Part shown: piece by piece, positions 19,059 to 30,057 of the stretch
Layout: the number at the start of each line of letters is the position of its first letter
How positions within the stretch are numbered: position 1 is the first letter of the stretch
Assembly (NCBI GenBank): GCA_043799545.1
Contig: JAZDNO010000014.1
Coordinates: forward strand, 22,795-86,794
Length of the DNA: 64,000 bases
Direction: 5' to 3'
Source of the DNA: Methanobacteriota archaeon
GTDB taxonomy: Archaea; Thermoplasmatota; Thermoplasmata; SG8-5; DAIRED01
Made by a program: the position numbers and the translations under genes
The notes under the pieces: model-generated
Seen by the model: only the letters and a program-made list of their open reading frames with translations
Told to the model about the DNA's origin: nothing
Databases searched by the model: none

Positions 19059-22000
19059 ATGCGAGAGATTGTCGAGGGATTCTTCAGGGAGCGCAGCATC
19101 GTCAACCACCACATAGCATCGTTCAACGACTTTCTGCCAACGATTGAGAATATAAACAGCAGGATGCAGCTAATCGTGGACAACGTCAGGATATCCAAGA
19201 ACGAGGGGCTGCGCGGTGTCATACGGCTGGACGAGGACCGCACGGATGGAAAGATTGTTGATATACGGATTGGGCGCAAGCGCAACCCGGCAACGGGCGA
19301 GGTCGCGCCGCAGACCAAGGCCACAATCATCGTCGGAGCGCCGACGGTCAAGGAGGCCAACGGTGCGACGCACACGCTCACGCCGATGGAGGCCAGGCTC
19401 AGGAACGTGACCTACCAGGCCCCTATAAATCTGGAATGCACGATAATCGAGGACGGTTTCGAGAACGAGCCGGAGATGGTCCACATCGGCGACCTGCCGA
19501 TTATGGTCCGCTCGAGGAAGTGCAACCTCCACGAGAACAACATCGATGCGATGTTCGAGAAGCTGCCCGAGGAGCAGGTGGTCAAGCTGGGCCAGGACGA
19601 CAAGCTGGCGAAGCTCGGCGAGGACCCGTGCGACCCCGGCGGATACTTCATCGTGGGCGGCACGGAGCGCGTGCTCATCTCGCTGGAGGACCTGGCGCCG
19701 AACAGGGTCATGGTCGAATTCAACGAGCGCTACGGCACGAAGATGGAGGTCGCCAAGGTATTCTCGCAGCGCGAGGGGTACAGGGCGCTTACGCTCATGG
19801 AGAAGAAGCGCGACGGACTTCTAATGGTCTCAATAGCGGCCGCAACTGGCCAGATACCGCTGATAATCCTGATGCGCGCCCTCGGGATGGAGAGCGATGA
19901 GGACATCTACAACGCCATAGTCGCCGATGCCGCGATGGCGAACCTCGTTTATGCGAACATCGAGGAGTGCAAGAGCATCAAGAACTACCCGCCGGACGGA
20001 ATAAACAACACCGAGCAGGCGATGCTCTTCCTGGAGAAGAAGTTCGCCACCGGCCAGGCCAAAGAATACAGGGAGAAGAAGGTCGAATCGATAATCGATA
20101 AGTCCCTGCTTCCTCACCTGGGCGATTCAAAGGAGGACCGCCTGAAGAAGGCCATCTTCCTCGGGAGGATAGCAAAGAACGTCATAGAGCTCAGCCTCGG
20201 GAAGCGCAGCGAGGACGACAAGGACCACTACGCCAACAAGCGCCTGAAGCTCTCGGGCGACCTGATGGAGGACCTTTTCCGCGTCTCGTTCACGAACCTC
20301 ATGAAGGACCTGAAGTACCAGCTTGAGCGCGGCTACGCGAAGAAGAAAGGCGTCAACATCAAGTCGGCGATACGCCCTGACCTCTTGAGCCAGCGCATAC
20401 TCCACGCCCTTTCGACCGGAAACTGGGTCGGCGGGCGCACCGGAGTCTCGCAGCTTCTGGACCGCACCTCGAACGTCTCCTCGATGAGCCACCTCAGGAG
20501 AGTCACCTCGCCTTTGACACGCAGCCAGCCTCACTTCGAGGCGCGCGACCTACACCCGACGCAGTGGGGAAGGCTTTGCCCCAACGAAACGCCTGAGGGC
20601 CAGAACTGCGGGCTCATGAAGAACTGCGCCCTGCTGGTCGACGTGAGCGAGCGCTCCCACGAGGCGGAGGTCAAGCACATCCTGAACGACCTGGGTCTGA
20701 AGGAGGTCAAGACGCAGCAGATCGCCGGAACGCGCGTGTACGTGAACGGGGACCTGGTCGGAGTGCACGACCACCCCGTCGACCTGGCCGAGGAGATGAG
20801 GCAGAGGCGCAGGGCCGGCATGATATCCAACGAAATCAACGTGCGCTACGACGCGAAGATGAACGATATAATAATCAACTGCGACGAAGGACGCCTCAGG
20901 CGTCCGCTCATGGTCGTCCGCAATGCAAGGCTGGCGCTCACGCGCAAGCACGTGGACAGCCTGGTCGTCGGGAAGGTCAGGGTGGCGGACCTTGTCAAGG
21001 AAGGGCTAATAGAATGGATAGACGCGGAGGAGGAGGAGGACTCGTTCATCGCCGTCAACGCGTTCGAGACTCCGGGCGCGTGTCCGGGATGCAAGAAGCC
21101 CCTCTCGCCCACGGACGTGGCGTGGATGAACATGGGCTCGGCCGACGACGAGGTCTCCCTGAAATGCAAGTTCTGCGACAAGGAGTTTTCAACCCCCAAG
21201 CTGCTGAAGAAGGAGCACACGCACATGGAGATAGACCCCCTGCTCATACTCGGCGTCGCCTCGGGAATGGTTCCATACCCGGAGCACAACTCGTCGCCCC
21301 GCATCACGATGGGCTCCGCGATGGCAAAGCAGTCTCTAGGTGTGAGCGACTCGAACTACCGCATCAGGCCGGACACGCGCTCCCACCTGCTCCACTACCC
21401 GCAGCGCCCGCTGACGCAGACGAAGATAATGGATTTCGTGCATTACCAGCGCAGGCCCGCTGGCCAGAACTTCGTAGTGGGCGTAATCTCGTACCACGGC
21501 TACAACATGGAGGATGCCCTGATAATGAACAAGTCGTCCATAGAAAGAGGGTTGGGCCGCAGCACATTCTTCAGAACTTACAGGGCGGAGGAGCGCCGGT
21601 ACCCCGGTGGTCAGGAGGACCACTTCGAAATTCCCTCGCCCGACGTCAGGGGGGCGCGCGCAGACCTGTCGTACAACAACCTGAGCGAGGACGGGCTCAT
21701 AAGCCCGGAGGTGCATGTGAAGGGCAGCGACGTTCTCATAGGCAAGACCTCGCCGCCGCGCTTCCTCGAGGAGGACATAGATTTCCTGACGCCCCAAAAG
21801 AGGCGGGAAACATCGGTCACAGTGAGGCCCGGGGAGGAAGGCTGGGTCGACAGCGTGATGCTCACCGAGACAGAGAACGGCTCGCGGCTGGTCAAAGTCA
21901 AGGTCCGCGACCCGCGCATACCCGAACTCGGCGACAAGTTCGCATCGAGACACGGCCAGAAGGGCGTCATCGGACTCATAGAGAAGCAGGAGAACATGCC

Positions 22001-22670
22001 ATTTACCGCCGACGGCATGACCCCGGACCTGGTCATCAACCCGCACGCCATTCCGAGCCGCATGACCGTGGCGCACGTTCTCGAGATGATTGGCGGCAAG
22101 GTCGGCTCGATGGAGGGTCGCTTCATAGACGGCACGCCGTTCAGCGGGGAGCGGGAGGAGTCGCTCCGCCAGGGGCTGGAGGACGCCGGTCTGAAGCACA
22201 ACGGCAGAGAAGTCCTGTACGACGGCAAGACTGGCAAGAAGATAAAGGCCGACATCTTCGTTGGCGTCATCTACTACCAGAAGCTGCACCACATGGTCGC
22301 AGGGAAGATGCACGTCCGTTCGCGCGGTCCGGTCCAGATTCTTACGAGGCAGCCGACCGAGGGCCGTTCGAGGCAGGGAGGCCTGAGGTTCGGGGAGATG
22401 GAGCGCGACTGTCTCATCGGGCACGGCGCGGCGATGGTCATCAAGGACCGATTGCTGGACGAGTCCGATGGAACAACGCAGTTCGTGTGCGGCAACTCGG
22501 AATGCGGGCACATCGCATTCATGGACCGCCGCGGCACGGTCAGGTGCCCGGTCTGCGGCAACAACTCCAACGTCCACCCTGTCCAGACATCGTACGCGTT
22601 CAAGCTGCTGATGGACGAGCTTCTGTCGCTCGGAGTGGCCATGCGCCTGCAACTGGAGGAATTGAAATGA
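19059..22670 (+). CDS. rpoB: RNA polymerase subunit B (unsplit Rpo2)
   Basis: [47 protein letters not shown]. Confidence 0.98.
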   Translation: MREIVEGFFRERSIVNHHIASFNDFLPTIENINSRMQLIVDNVRISKNEGLRGVIRLDEDRTDGKIVDIRIGRKRNPATGEVAPQTKATIIVGAPTVKEANGATHTLTPMEARLRNVTYQAPINLECTIIEDGFENEPEMVHIGDLPIMVRSRKCNLHENNIDAMFEKLPEEQVVKLGQDDKLAKLGEDPCDPGGYFIVGGTERVLISLEDLAPNRVMVEFNERYGTKMEVAKVFSQREGYRALTLMEKKRDGLLMVSIAAATGQIPLIILMRALGMESDEDIYNAIVADAAMANLVYANIEECKSIKNYPPDGINNTEQAMLFLEKKFATGQAKEYREKKVESIIDKSLLPHLGDSKEDRLKKAIFLGRIAKNVIELSLGKRSEDDKDHYANKRLKLSGDLMEDLFRVSFTNLMKDLKYQLERGYAKKKGVNIKSAIRPDLLSQRILHALSTGNWVGGRTGVSQLLDRTSNVSSMSHLRRVTSPLTRSQPHFEARDLHPTQWGRLCPNETPEGQNCGLMKNCALLVDVSERSHEAEVKHILNDLGLKEVKTQQIAGTRVYVNGDLVGVHDHPVDLAEEMRQRRRAGMISNEINVRYDAKMNDIIINCDEGRLRRPLMVVRNARLALTRKHVDSLVVGKVRVADLVKEGLIEWIDAEEEEDSFIAVNAFETPGACPGCKKPLSPTDVAWMNMGSADDEVSLKCKFCDKEFSTPKLLKKEHTHMEIDPLLILGVASGMVPYPEHNSSPRITMGSAMAKQSLGVSDSNYRIRPDTRSHLLHYPQRPLTQTKIMDFVHYQRRPAGQNFVVGVISYHGYNMEDALIMNKSSIERGLGRSTFFRTYRAEERRYPGGQEDHFEIPSPDVRGARADLSYNNLSEDGLISPEVHVKGSDVLIGKTSPPRFLEEDIDFLTPQKRRETSVTVRPGEEGWVDSVMLTETENGSRLVKVKVRDPRIPELGDKFASRHGQKGVIGLIEKQENMPFTADGMTPDLVINPHAIPSRMTVAHVLEMIGGKVGSMEGRFIDGTPFSGEREESLRQGLEDAGLKHNGREVLYDGKTGKKIKADIFVGVIYYQKLHHMVAGKMHVRSRGPVQILTRQPTEGRSRQGGLRFGEMERDCLIGHGAAMVIKDRLLDESDGTTQFVCGNSECGHIAFMDRRGTVRCPVCGNNSNVHPVQTSYAFKLLMDELLSLGVAMRLQLEELK

Positions 22671-25471
22671 ACGTCAAGGGAGTATCCAGAAGGATCCAGG
22701 GAATCAAGTTCGCAATGATATCGCCGGACGAGGCCCGCAGGATGTCGTCCATTAAAATCATCACTGCCGACACGTACGACGACGACGGTTTCCCCATCGA
22801 GATGGGCCTTATGGACCCCCACATGGGAGTCATAGAGCCAGGGCTGCGCTGCAAGACGTGCGGCGGAAAGGTCGATGACTGCCCCGGGCACTTCGGGCAC
22901 ATAGACCTGGCGATGCCAGTGATTCACGTTGGCTTCGTCAAGGACATCATGAGGGTGTTGCAGTCCACATGCGCAAACGCGAAGTGCGGGCGCATACTCC
23001 TCACCGCCGAGCAGATAACGGAGCAGGAGGACGAGCGCGTCAAGGCCAGGAAGCTCGGGAGCGACGCCATAGACATGGAGCTGCTGACCAAGCAGACGGC
23101 CAAGAACGCCTCGCTGCGCACGATTTGCCCCCACTGCGGCACAGAGCAGAAGAAGATATCGCTCGACAAGCCCACGACGTTCCGCGAGGACGGCCACAAG
23201 CTCACGCCGAAGGAAGTCCGCGAGAGGCTCGAGCGCGTGAAGGACGAGGATTTGCCAGTGCTGGGAATAAACCCCAAGGTCGCCCGCCCGGAGTGGATGG
23301 TCCTGACTGCCCTGCCGGTTCCGCCCGTAACGGTCCGCCCGTCGATAACGCTCGATTCCGGCGACAGGTCGGAAGACGATTTAACGCACAAGCTCGTCGA
23401 CGTGCTGCGCATCAACCAGCGCCTGAGGGAAAACAGGGACACCGGTGCCCCACAGCTGATAGTCGAAGACTTGTGGGAGCTCTTGCAGTACCACGTGACC
23501 ACTTATTTCGACAACCAGACCTCGGGCATCCCGCCTGCGAGGCACAGGAGCGGGCGTCCGCTCAAGACCCTCGTCCAGAGGCTCAAGGGCAAGGAGGGGA
23601 GGTTCCGCTCGAACCTGTCCGGAAAGCGCGTAAATTTCTCCGCGCGCACGGTGATATCCCCGGACCCGTACCTCTCCATAAACGAGGTCGGGATTCCGGT
23701 CGAAGCCGCGAGGGAACTGACGATACCGATACGCGTGACGCAGTTCAACATCGAGGCCTGCAAGGTGCTGGTGAAGCGCGGAACGGACCCGGTCCAACCG
23801 GACGGCAAGTACGTCCCGGGCGTCAACTACGTGCTGAGGATAGACGGTAGGCGCATCAAGGTCACGGAGAAGAACGCGGAAGTGACAGCGGACACTTTGG
23901 AAATCGGCCAGACCGTAGAGAGGCAGCTTGTAGACGGGGACATCGTGCTCTTCAACAGGCAGCCGTCGCTGCACAGGATGTCCATGATGGCCCACGAAGT
24001 TCGAATCATGGACCACAAAACGTTCCGTTTCAACCTCTGCGTCTGCCCGCCTTACAACGCGGACTTCGACGGGGACGAGATGAACCTCCACGTCCTGCAG
24101 GGCCAGGAGGCCATCGCCGAGGCGCGAATACTAATGCGCGTGCAGGAGAACATCCTGTCGCCGAGGTTCGGCGGCCCGGTCATCGGAGCCATACACGACC
24201 ACATAACAGGCGCCTTCATGCTCACCCACGGGGCCAAAACCAGCTTCACCAGGGACGAGGTGCTGCTGATACTTTCCATGGTGAGGGGCCTCGAAATCCC
24301 GAAACCGAGGAAGGGCGAGGGCGAGGCGCGCTGGTCCGGCAAGGACATCTTCAGCATGACCCTTCCGAAGGGGCTGAACATCACCTTCAAGTCGTCGGTG
24401 TGCCAGAAGTGCGACGTCTGCAAGAAGGACGACTGCGACATAGACGCCTGGGTCAGGATTGTCAACGGGAAGCTCGAGTGCGGGACGATAGACGAGAAGG
24501 GAATCGGCGCTTTCAAGGGCAAGATTCTTGACCGCATAGCCCGGGACTACGGAACCGAGGCTGCGCGGGTGTTCTTGGAGAGGGCGACGAGGATTTCCAT
24601 AGGCGCCATCATGGTGAACGGCTTCACGACGAGCATTCAGGACGAGGACATCCCGGAGGATGCCAAGACGGAAATCAGGGAGACGCTGACGGCGGCGATA
24701 GCGGAGGTCACGGACTACGTGCGCCAGTACAACGACGGCTCCCTCGAACCGATGCCAGGACGCTCGGTCGAGGAGACGCTGGAGGTCATGGCCATGAGGG
24801 CCCTGGGAAAGGCGCGTGACAAGGCCGGAAGGATTGCGGGCAAGCACCTGGGATTGGAGAACCCCGCGGTCGTCATGGCCCGCAGCGGGGCGCGCGGCTC
24901 GATGCTCAACTTATCGCAGATGGCCGGATGCATCGGCCAGCAGGCCGTTCGCGGCGAGCGCCTGGGCAGGGGATATCAGGACCGCACTCTGCCCCACTTC
25001 CCCCGCGGGGACAGGGGCGCAGACGCAAAGGGCTTCGTCAAATCCTGCTACAAATCCGGGCTCAACCCGACCGAGTACTTCTTCCACAGCATGGGGGGGC
25101 GCGAGGGGCTGGTCGACACGGCCGTCCGCACGTCCCGCTCGGGCTACATGCAGCGCAGGCTCATCAACGCCCTCGAGGACCTGAAGGTCAAGGCCGACGG
25201 CTCTGTGCGCAACACCTACGGCACTGTGATACAGTTCAAGTTCGGCGACGACGGAATCGACCCCGCGAGGAGCATCCAGGGCAAGTCGGTCGACCTCGAC
25301 GAAATAATCACCGACGTCCTGGGAAAGGAGCACCTGGACAGGCTTGGCGAGAGGGACATCAAGGAGATAGCCGGATACGGAGGCCTGGAGAAGGACGCCG
25401 AAGTCGAAGTAGAGGTCGAGGGACCGGGCGAGGATGAGATTGAGCCAGACGCCGGCGGAGGTGAGTTGTAA
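22667..25471 (+). CDS. rpoA1: RNA polymerase subunit A' (Rpo1N)
   Basis: [22 protein letters not shown], catalytic [11 protein letters not shown]; ATG 22667 overlaps the rpoB stop (ATGA). Confidence 0.98.
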   Translation: MNVKGVSRRIQGIKFAMISPDEARRMSSIKIITADTYDDDGFPIEMGLMDPHMGVIEPGLRCKTCGGKVDDCPGHFGHIDLAMPVIHVGFVKDIMRVLQSTCANAKCGRILLTAEQITEQEDERVKARKLGSDAIDMELLTKQTAKNASLRTICPHCGTEQKKISLDKPTTFREDGHKLTPKEVRERLERVKDEDLPVLGINPKVARPEWMVLTALPVPPVTVRPSITLDSGDRSEDDLTHKLVDVLRINQRLRENRDTGAPQLIVEDLWELLQYHVTTYFDNQTSGIPPARHRSGRPLKTLVQRLKGKEGRFRSNLSGKRVNFSARTVISPDPYLSINEVGIPVEAARELTIPIRVTQFNIEACKVLVKRGTDPVQPDGKYVPGVNYVLRIDGRRIKVTEKNAEVTADTLEIGQTVERQLVDGDIVLFNRQPSLHRMSMMAHEVRIMDHKTFRFNLCVCPPYNADFDGDEMNLHVLQGQEAIAEARILMRVQENILSPRFGGPVIGAIHDHITGAFMLTHGAKTSFTRDEVLLILSMVRGLEIPKPRKGEGEARWSGKDIFSMTLPKGLNITFKSSVCQKCDVCKKDDCDIDAWVRIVNGKLECGTIDEKGIGAFKGKILDRIARDYGTEAARVFLERATRISIGAIMVNGFTTSIQDEDIPEDAKTEIRETLTAAIAEVTDYVRQYNDGSLEPMPGRSVEETLEVMAMRALGKARDKAGRIAGKHLGLENPAVVMARSGARGSMLNLSQMAGCIGQQAVRGERLGRGYQDRTLPHFPRGDRGADAKGFVKSCYKSGLNPTEYFFHSMGGREGLVDTAVRTSRSGYMQRRLINALEDLKVKADGSVRNTYGTVIQFKFGDDGIDPARSIQGKSVDLDEIITDVLGKEHLDRLGERDIKEIAGYGGLEKDAEVEVEVEGPGEDEIEPDAGGGEL

Positions 25472-26934
25472 TGGCGCGAAAGGACACGGTCAACGCGCTG
25501 ATAAAGCGCGGAATAAGCGCGAAGATATCCGAGGCGCTGGCCAACGGCGGTTTCAGCATCCCGAAGCTCAAGAAGACCCCGTTCAGCGTCATTCTGAGAT
25601 ACGTGAGCCAGGAGGACGCCGAGGAGGTCCTGAGGCGCATCGGTGCCAGGAAGATAGAGGGCGACCAGGTGCCGGCCGAAGCGCCGGAGAAGGAGAAGCC
25701 GGAGAAGGCCAAGAAGGTCGAGAAGCGCGTGCGCCGCAAGATAACGATTCCCGACAAGATACCGAAGCAGACCAAGGCCGAGGAGACGATAGCTGAGGTC
25801 GCGGGGGAGATGGACATCGAGCTCCCGCCAAAGTTGATTGGGGAGATCGCGGAGAGAGTGAAGGCTACGAAGATGACCGGGCCCGTGCTGAGGAAGGTGC
25901 TGAAGGCGGTCGACGAGCGCTTCCAGGAGCACAAGATGGACCCGCACGAATCCATAGGGATAGTCTCGGCGCAGTCCATCGGCGAGCCAGGAACGCAGAT
26001 GACGATGCGTACCTTCCACTATGCCGGAGTCGCGGAAATCAGCGTCACCCTGGGTCTGCCCCGGCTTATAGAAATCGTTGATGCCAGGCGCGAGCCGAGC
26101 ACTCCGATGATGGAGGTATTCCTCAAGGACTCCATCAAGAACGACCAGAACGCGGTCAAGAAGCTGGCTGCCCACATCGAGGCCACGAAGCTGAACAGCG
26201 TGGCGGAGGTCCAGCCGGACATCACGAGCATGCAGATAGTCGTCAGGCCGAATGCGGAGAAGATGAGCCGCAAGGGTCTGACGATAGACACGATAGTCTC
26301 AGCTCTCAAGGACGACAGGCGCGTCCGAGGCGAGGTCGACACCGAGGGAAAGACCGTGGTCGTGCGCTGCGACGACCCGACCTACAAGAAGCTCCAGCAG
26401 TTGATGGAGACTGTCAGCGACTGCAAGATTAAAGGCGTGGACAGGATAAAGCGTTGCGTCATCAAGGCCTTCCCCGGCGAGGGGTACAGGATTTACACAG
26501 AGGGCTCGAACCTCGCCGACGTCCTTATCATGGACGACGTGGATGCCAAGCGCACGACGACCAACAGCATCGTGGAGATAAGCAACGTCCTGGGCGTAGA
26601 GGCCGCGCGGTCCTCGATAATCAACGAGGCCAGCAGGACCCTGGAAGAGCAGGGGCTGACCGTGGACACGAGGCACATAATGCTCGTCGCGGACATGATG
26701 ACGAACGACGGCGACGTGAAGGCCATAGGCAGGCACGGGATATCAGGTAGGAAATCCAGCGTGCTGGCAAGGGCGGCGTTCGAGATAACGTCCACGCACC
26801 TGCTGAGGGCGGGGACGACCGGGGAGACCGACGGCCTCTCTGGTGTGGCGGAGAACATCATCGTGGGACAGCCAGTGACTGTCGGCACGGGGGCGGTAAA
26901 CCTGATTTACTCCCCGAAGAAGACCAAGAGGTGA
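25471..26934 (+). CDS. rpoA2: RNA polymerase subunit A'' (Rpo1C) with ~120-aa N-terminal extension
   Basis: [41 protein letters not shown]. Confidence 0.97.
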   Translation: MARKDTVNALIKRGISAKISEALANGGFSIPKLKKTPFSVILRYVSQEDAEEVLRRIGARKIEGDQVPAEAPEKEKPEKAKKVEKRVRRKITIPDKIPKQTKAEETIAEVAGEMDIELPPKLIGEIAERVKATKMTGPVLRKVLKAVDERFQEHKMDPHESIGIVSAQSIGEPGTQMTMRTFHYAGVAEISVTLGLPRLIEIVDARREPSTPMMEVFLKDSIKNDQNAVKKLAAHIEATKLNSVAEVQPDITSMQIVVRPNAEKMSRKGLTIDTIVSALKDDRRVRGEVDTEGKTVVVRCDDPTYKKLQQLMETVSDCKIKGVDRIKRCVIKAFPGEGYRIYTEGSNLADVLIMDDVDAKRTTTNSIVEISNVLGVEAARSSIINEASRTLEEQGLTVDTRHIMLVADMMTNDGDVKAIGRHGISGRKSSVLARAAFEITSTHLLRAGTTGETDGLSGVAENIIVGQPVTVGTGAVNLIYSPKKTKR

Positions 26935-26938
26935 ATGC

Positions 26939-27211
26939 ATGGACATACTGAGCGCGCTGAAGTCCGCCGTGACGACCGGCAAGGTCATGTACGGCGCGGA
27001 CCAGGCGAGGAAGGCGCTGAAGGGCGGAAAGGCCAAGATGCTCGTGGTGGCGGCTAACTGCCCCGACCGGGAGATAATGGCCGAGAAGGGCGTGCGCATA
27101 CTGAAGTTCGAGGGAAGCGGCATAGACCTCGGCGCGGCGTGCGGAAAGCCTTTCAATGTCTCGGTGCTTACAATCCTCGACCCAGGCGAATCGGCGATAA
27201 TGTCGGCCTAG
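26939..27211 (+). CDS. rpl30e: 50S ribosomal protein eL30
   Basis: TGKVMYG, AANCP, DLGAACGKPF; conserved position after rpoA2. Confidence 0.95.
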   Translation: MDILSALKSAVTTGKVMYGADQARKALKGGKAKMLVVAANCPDREIMAEKGVRILKFEGSGIDLGAACGKPFNVSVLTILDPGESAIMSA

Positions 27212-27219
27212 TGAAGAAA

Positions 27220-27645
27220 ATGACCGAATACACCCTTACGCAGGACACGCTGCAGGCTATCGCGCTGTTCGAGCGCATCACGAAAATATCCGTGATTGAC
27301 TGCTTAGACACTCCTGAGAAAATCCTTTTTCTCGTGAAAGAGGGGAATGCGACCCGCGCCGTTGGCAAGGAGGGGGAGCACGTGATTCGCCTGCACGAGC
27401 GCTTCCAGAAGAACATCCAGATTGTCGAGTTCTCGCAGGACCCCATCGTATTCGTGAAGAACGTCTTCCACGGCTACAAGGTTCTAGGAGTGGATGTGGA
27501 GACGCGCGGCAAAGTGATTCACGCGACTGTGAAGGTAGACCCGCAGGAGAAGGCCAAGGCGATAGGGAAGGCGGGGCGGAATCTCCGGCTCATGCGCGAC
27601 CTCATAAACAGGCACCACAACATACAGAGCGTGAGCGTGGCTTAA
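27220..27645 (+). CDS. nusA: Archaeal NusA (KH domains)
   Basis: AVGKEG and AIGKAGRNL KH motifs; start set at ATG 27220. Confidence 0.95.
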   Translation: MTEYTLTQDTLQAIALFERITKISVIDCLDTPEKILFLVKEGNATRAVGKEGEHVIRLHERFQKNIQIVEFSQDPIVFVKNVFHGYKVLGVDVETRGKVIHATVKVDPQEKAKAIGKAGRNLRLMRDLINRHHNIQSVSVA

Positions 27646-27648
27646 GCC

Positions 27649-28956
27649 CTAATCCATCGGCTTCCCCTTCTTCTTCTTCCCGAAGCTCAGCTTCGCCGTG
27701 AGCAGCTTTTCAGTGGAAAACATCCGCGCGGCCAGGTAAAGCACGACCGCCGTGAACGCCACCTGGTAAACGATTCCCAAGGCGATGAGCCCGTACTGGT
27801 GCGTGTAAAGCGCCTTCGCCGCGAGTATCGGATAGGTGAACGGCACAGCGTACAGCGCGCCCTGGAGCGCGGCCGGCAGAACCTGTATCGGGGATATCAT
27901 GAGGACCACCGCCGGTACCATGACGGGCACGTAGAGGATTCCCATCAACGATTGTGCGCTTCTGACGTCCTGCGTGTAGGCGGCCAGCAGGACCGCGAGA
28001 GACAGGGCCGCGATGAACGAGAGGAAGAGGGAGACAATCATCAGGGCGTAGCCTGCCATGTCGGGGGCGAGCCCGATTGCGGCGAGGTCCACCGAGCCGG
28101 CGCCGGTCTGGAAGCTGCTCATGTAGTACCCGAATCCGGCGACATAGGACAGCGTTGCGATGAGCGAGACGACAACGACACCCGCAAGCTTGCCCAGCAG
28201 GATGTTGATGCGCCTGATGGGCAGCGTGAGCAACACTTCCAGGGTCTTCTGCTCCTTCTCCATCGCCACGGAAGTCGCAGCGAGCTGTCCGGCCATGATG
28301 ATGAGAAGCATGATGACTATGGGCATGGTCGTGGTTGTCGAGAGCATCGTCGTCACGACGATTTGCGGGTTCGCATCCTCGATGCTCCCATGGATCACGG
28401 ACGAGGAGTGTGCTCTGGCCGGGGACAGGAGCGCCTCGTAGCTGGAGTTCGAGTACGCTTCCTGGAGGCGCTGGGCCGTCAGGATGTCGTTGAACGCGTT
28501 CACCGCGTTCTCCACGCGCTGCGCCCCCGCCGCCTCGGATAAGCCGTAGTATGTGAGCACCTGGTAGATTTCCACCTCGGATGATCCTCCGCCTTCGATC
28601 AACTCCGTGAAGTTGGCGGGGATAACGACCAGAGTTTGGAAACCGGTGTCGATGCTCCAGCGCACGGCAGCGGTCGTCTCCTGCGGGTCTATGTATTCGA
28701 GGGTCAGGTTCGCCCGCCCCATCACGAAGTTCAGCATGCCGGACATGTTGCAGCTGCCCTCCGTCCTGTCGAGATCCATGACGGCTATCTCCATCCTGGC
28801 GAGCTGCTTCTCCTCCGCGTCTATGCCGGCGCGTATCGCGCCGCCCATCATCGGGAATATCAGCAGCGGGACGATTATCATCCCAATGACCAGCTTGGGG
28901 TCCCGGAATATCTCCCTAAGCTCCTTTACAACGATGTTCCAGAGATGGTTAGGCAC
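27649..28956 (-). CDS. ABC-2-type transporter permease (NatB-like)
   Basis: KELREIFRD, EKEQKTLEVLLTLP, GKLAG; 1+5 TM layout with large extracytoplasmic loop. Confidence 0.9.
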   Translation of the reverse strand: MPNHLWNIVVKELREIFRDPKLVIGMIIVPLLIFPMMGGAIRAGIDAEEKQLARMEIAVMDLDRTEGSCNMSGMLNFVMGRANLTLEYIDPQETTAAVRWSIDTGFQTLVVIPANFTELIEGGGSSEVEIYQVLTYYGLSEAAGAQRVENAVNAFNDILTAQRLQEAYSNSSYEALLSPARAHSSSVIHGSIEDANPQIVVTTMLSTTTTMPIVIMLLIIMAGQLAATSVAMEKEQKTLEVLLTLPIRRINILLGKLAGVVVVSLIATLSYVAGFGYYMSSFQTGAGSVDLAAIGLAPDMAGYALMIVSLFLSFIAALSLAVLLAAYTQDVRSAQSLMGILYVPVMVPAVVLMISPIQVLPAALQGALYAVPFTYPILAAKALYTHQYGLIALGIVYQVAFTAVVLYLAARMFSTEKLLTAKLSFGKKKKGKPMD

Positions 28957-29677
28957 GGCCGACCGCCCCCAGGAATACTTCCTCCAGGTTCGGGGCGGAA
29001 TGCCTTTCCTTCAGCTCCGTCGGAGTTCCGACCTCGATGATTCGCCCCTTGTCTATCAGCCCGACCCTGTCGCACAGGAATTCGACTTCCAGCAGGTTGT
29101 GGGATGAAATAATCGCGGTGCCCCCGCCTTCTCGTATCGCGCGCTTGACCTCGTGGCGGACGTAGTGGCCGTGCATCACGTCCAGGCCGGCCGTCGGCTC
29201 GTCCAGTATCGCCACGCGCGGCGAGGTCATCAGCGCCCTGCCGATTTGCAGCCTCCGCTTCATCCCCTTGCTGTACTCCTTGATTCTGGAATCGATGCGC
29301 GCGCCCAAATCCGCTATGCGCATGCCGCGTTCCACCATCAGGGCTATGTTGCCGCCGTAAAAGCCGGCCATGAACTGGAGGTATTCGCGCCCGGAGAGGT
29401 TCTCGTACGCGCCGGCGTCCTCTGGCAGGTAGGAAATTAGCCCGCGCACCGCTATCTCGTCGGTCGCGACGTCGTGGCCCATGATGGTCACCTTTCCCTC
29501 GGTGGGTTTGAGAAGCGTGGAAAGGATTCTGATGGCGGTGCTTTTGCCAGCGCCGTTCGGACCTATCAGGCCAAAAATCTCCCCATGTCGTACTGAGAGG
29601 TCTATGCCATCCAGCGCCCTGACTCCTCCCGCGTAGACTTTGACGAGCCCCTGCACGACGACGGCGTCAGAAACCAT
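28949..29677 (-). CDS. ABC transporter ATP-binding protein
   Basis: GPNGAGKST, YSKGM, ILDEPT, SSH; TTATATA box ~24 nt upstream suggests a leaderless transcript. Confidence 0.95.
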   Translation of the reverse strand: MVSDAVVVQGLVKVYAGGVRALDGIDLSVRHGEIFGLIGPNGAGKSTAIRILSTLLKPTEGKVTIMGHDVATDEIAVRGLISYLPEDAGAYENLSGREYLQFMAGFYGGNIALMVERGMRIADLGARIDSRIKEYSKGMKRRLQIGRALMTSPRVAILDEPTAGLDVMHGHYVRHEVKRAIREGGGTAIISSHNLLEVEFLCDRVGLIDKGRIIEVGTPTELKERHSAPNLEEVFLGAVGRA

Positions 29678-29734
29678 GATGTTCGATACCGACGCGTGGC
29701 TATATAACCGTGTCGCAGGAGATTCCTGGGAGGA

Positions 29735-29872
29735 CTAGGCGTACTGTTCGTAGTCGAACCTCACGCCCAAAGCGGTCAGCGCTTCGTAGAGCTTCTGGCG
29801 CACGCTCCCATCGTAATCGCGGGGGTAGATTGTTATCTTCTCGTAATCTAGCTGGCTTCGCAGGTTTTTCAT
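29735..29872 (-). CDS. Small hypothetical protein, 45 aa (MKNLRSQLDYEKITIYPRDYDGSVRQKLYEALTALGVRFDYEQYA)
   Basis: Translated by hand, below the track's length cut-off. GGAGG 6 nt before ATG, ends in TAG, fills an intergenic gap, protein-like composition. Confidence 0.65.
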   Translation of the reverse strand: MKNLRSQLDYEKITIYPRDYDGSVRQKLYEALTALGVRFDYEQYA

Positions 29873-29986
29873 TTTTCGCCTCCATGTACGATATGTTTTA
29901 GGGCATACTTATCCTTATGTAACTAAATATCAATACAGAATGTCACAAATCATGGGCTTTTTCATAACACTAAATAGCAGCAATCC

Positions 29987-30000
29987 GGAACGTGTGTTCC
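29987..30000. promoter_or_regulatory. NrpR-like operator GGAA-N6-TTCC
   Basis: GGAA-CGTGTG-TTCC in the divergent intergenic region, about 25 nt from the TTTTTATA element. Confidence 0.5.
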
Positions 30001-30057
30001 ACGACTCCATCCCCGCCCGCAACAATTTTTATAGGGAATGTCCCGCATCCCCCCCCG

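Noticed and set aside
21014-22666. Track ORF of 1485 aa suggesting a giant RpoA1 fusion
   Set aside because: The first 551 codons are an Arg/Gly/Pro-rich alternative frame of rpoB; real RpoA1 begins at ATG 22667 with an ATGA overlap.
29700-29901. Track ORFs 29700-29885 (-) and 29710-29901 (+)
   Set aside because: Arg-rich low-complexity alternative frames; the 45-aa ORF with a strong SD explains the region better.
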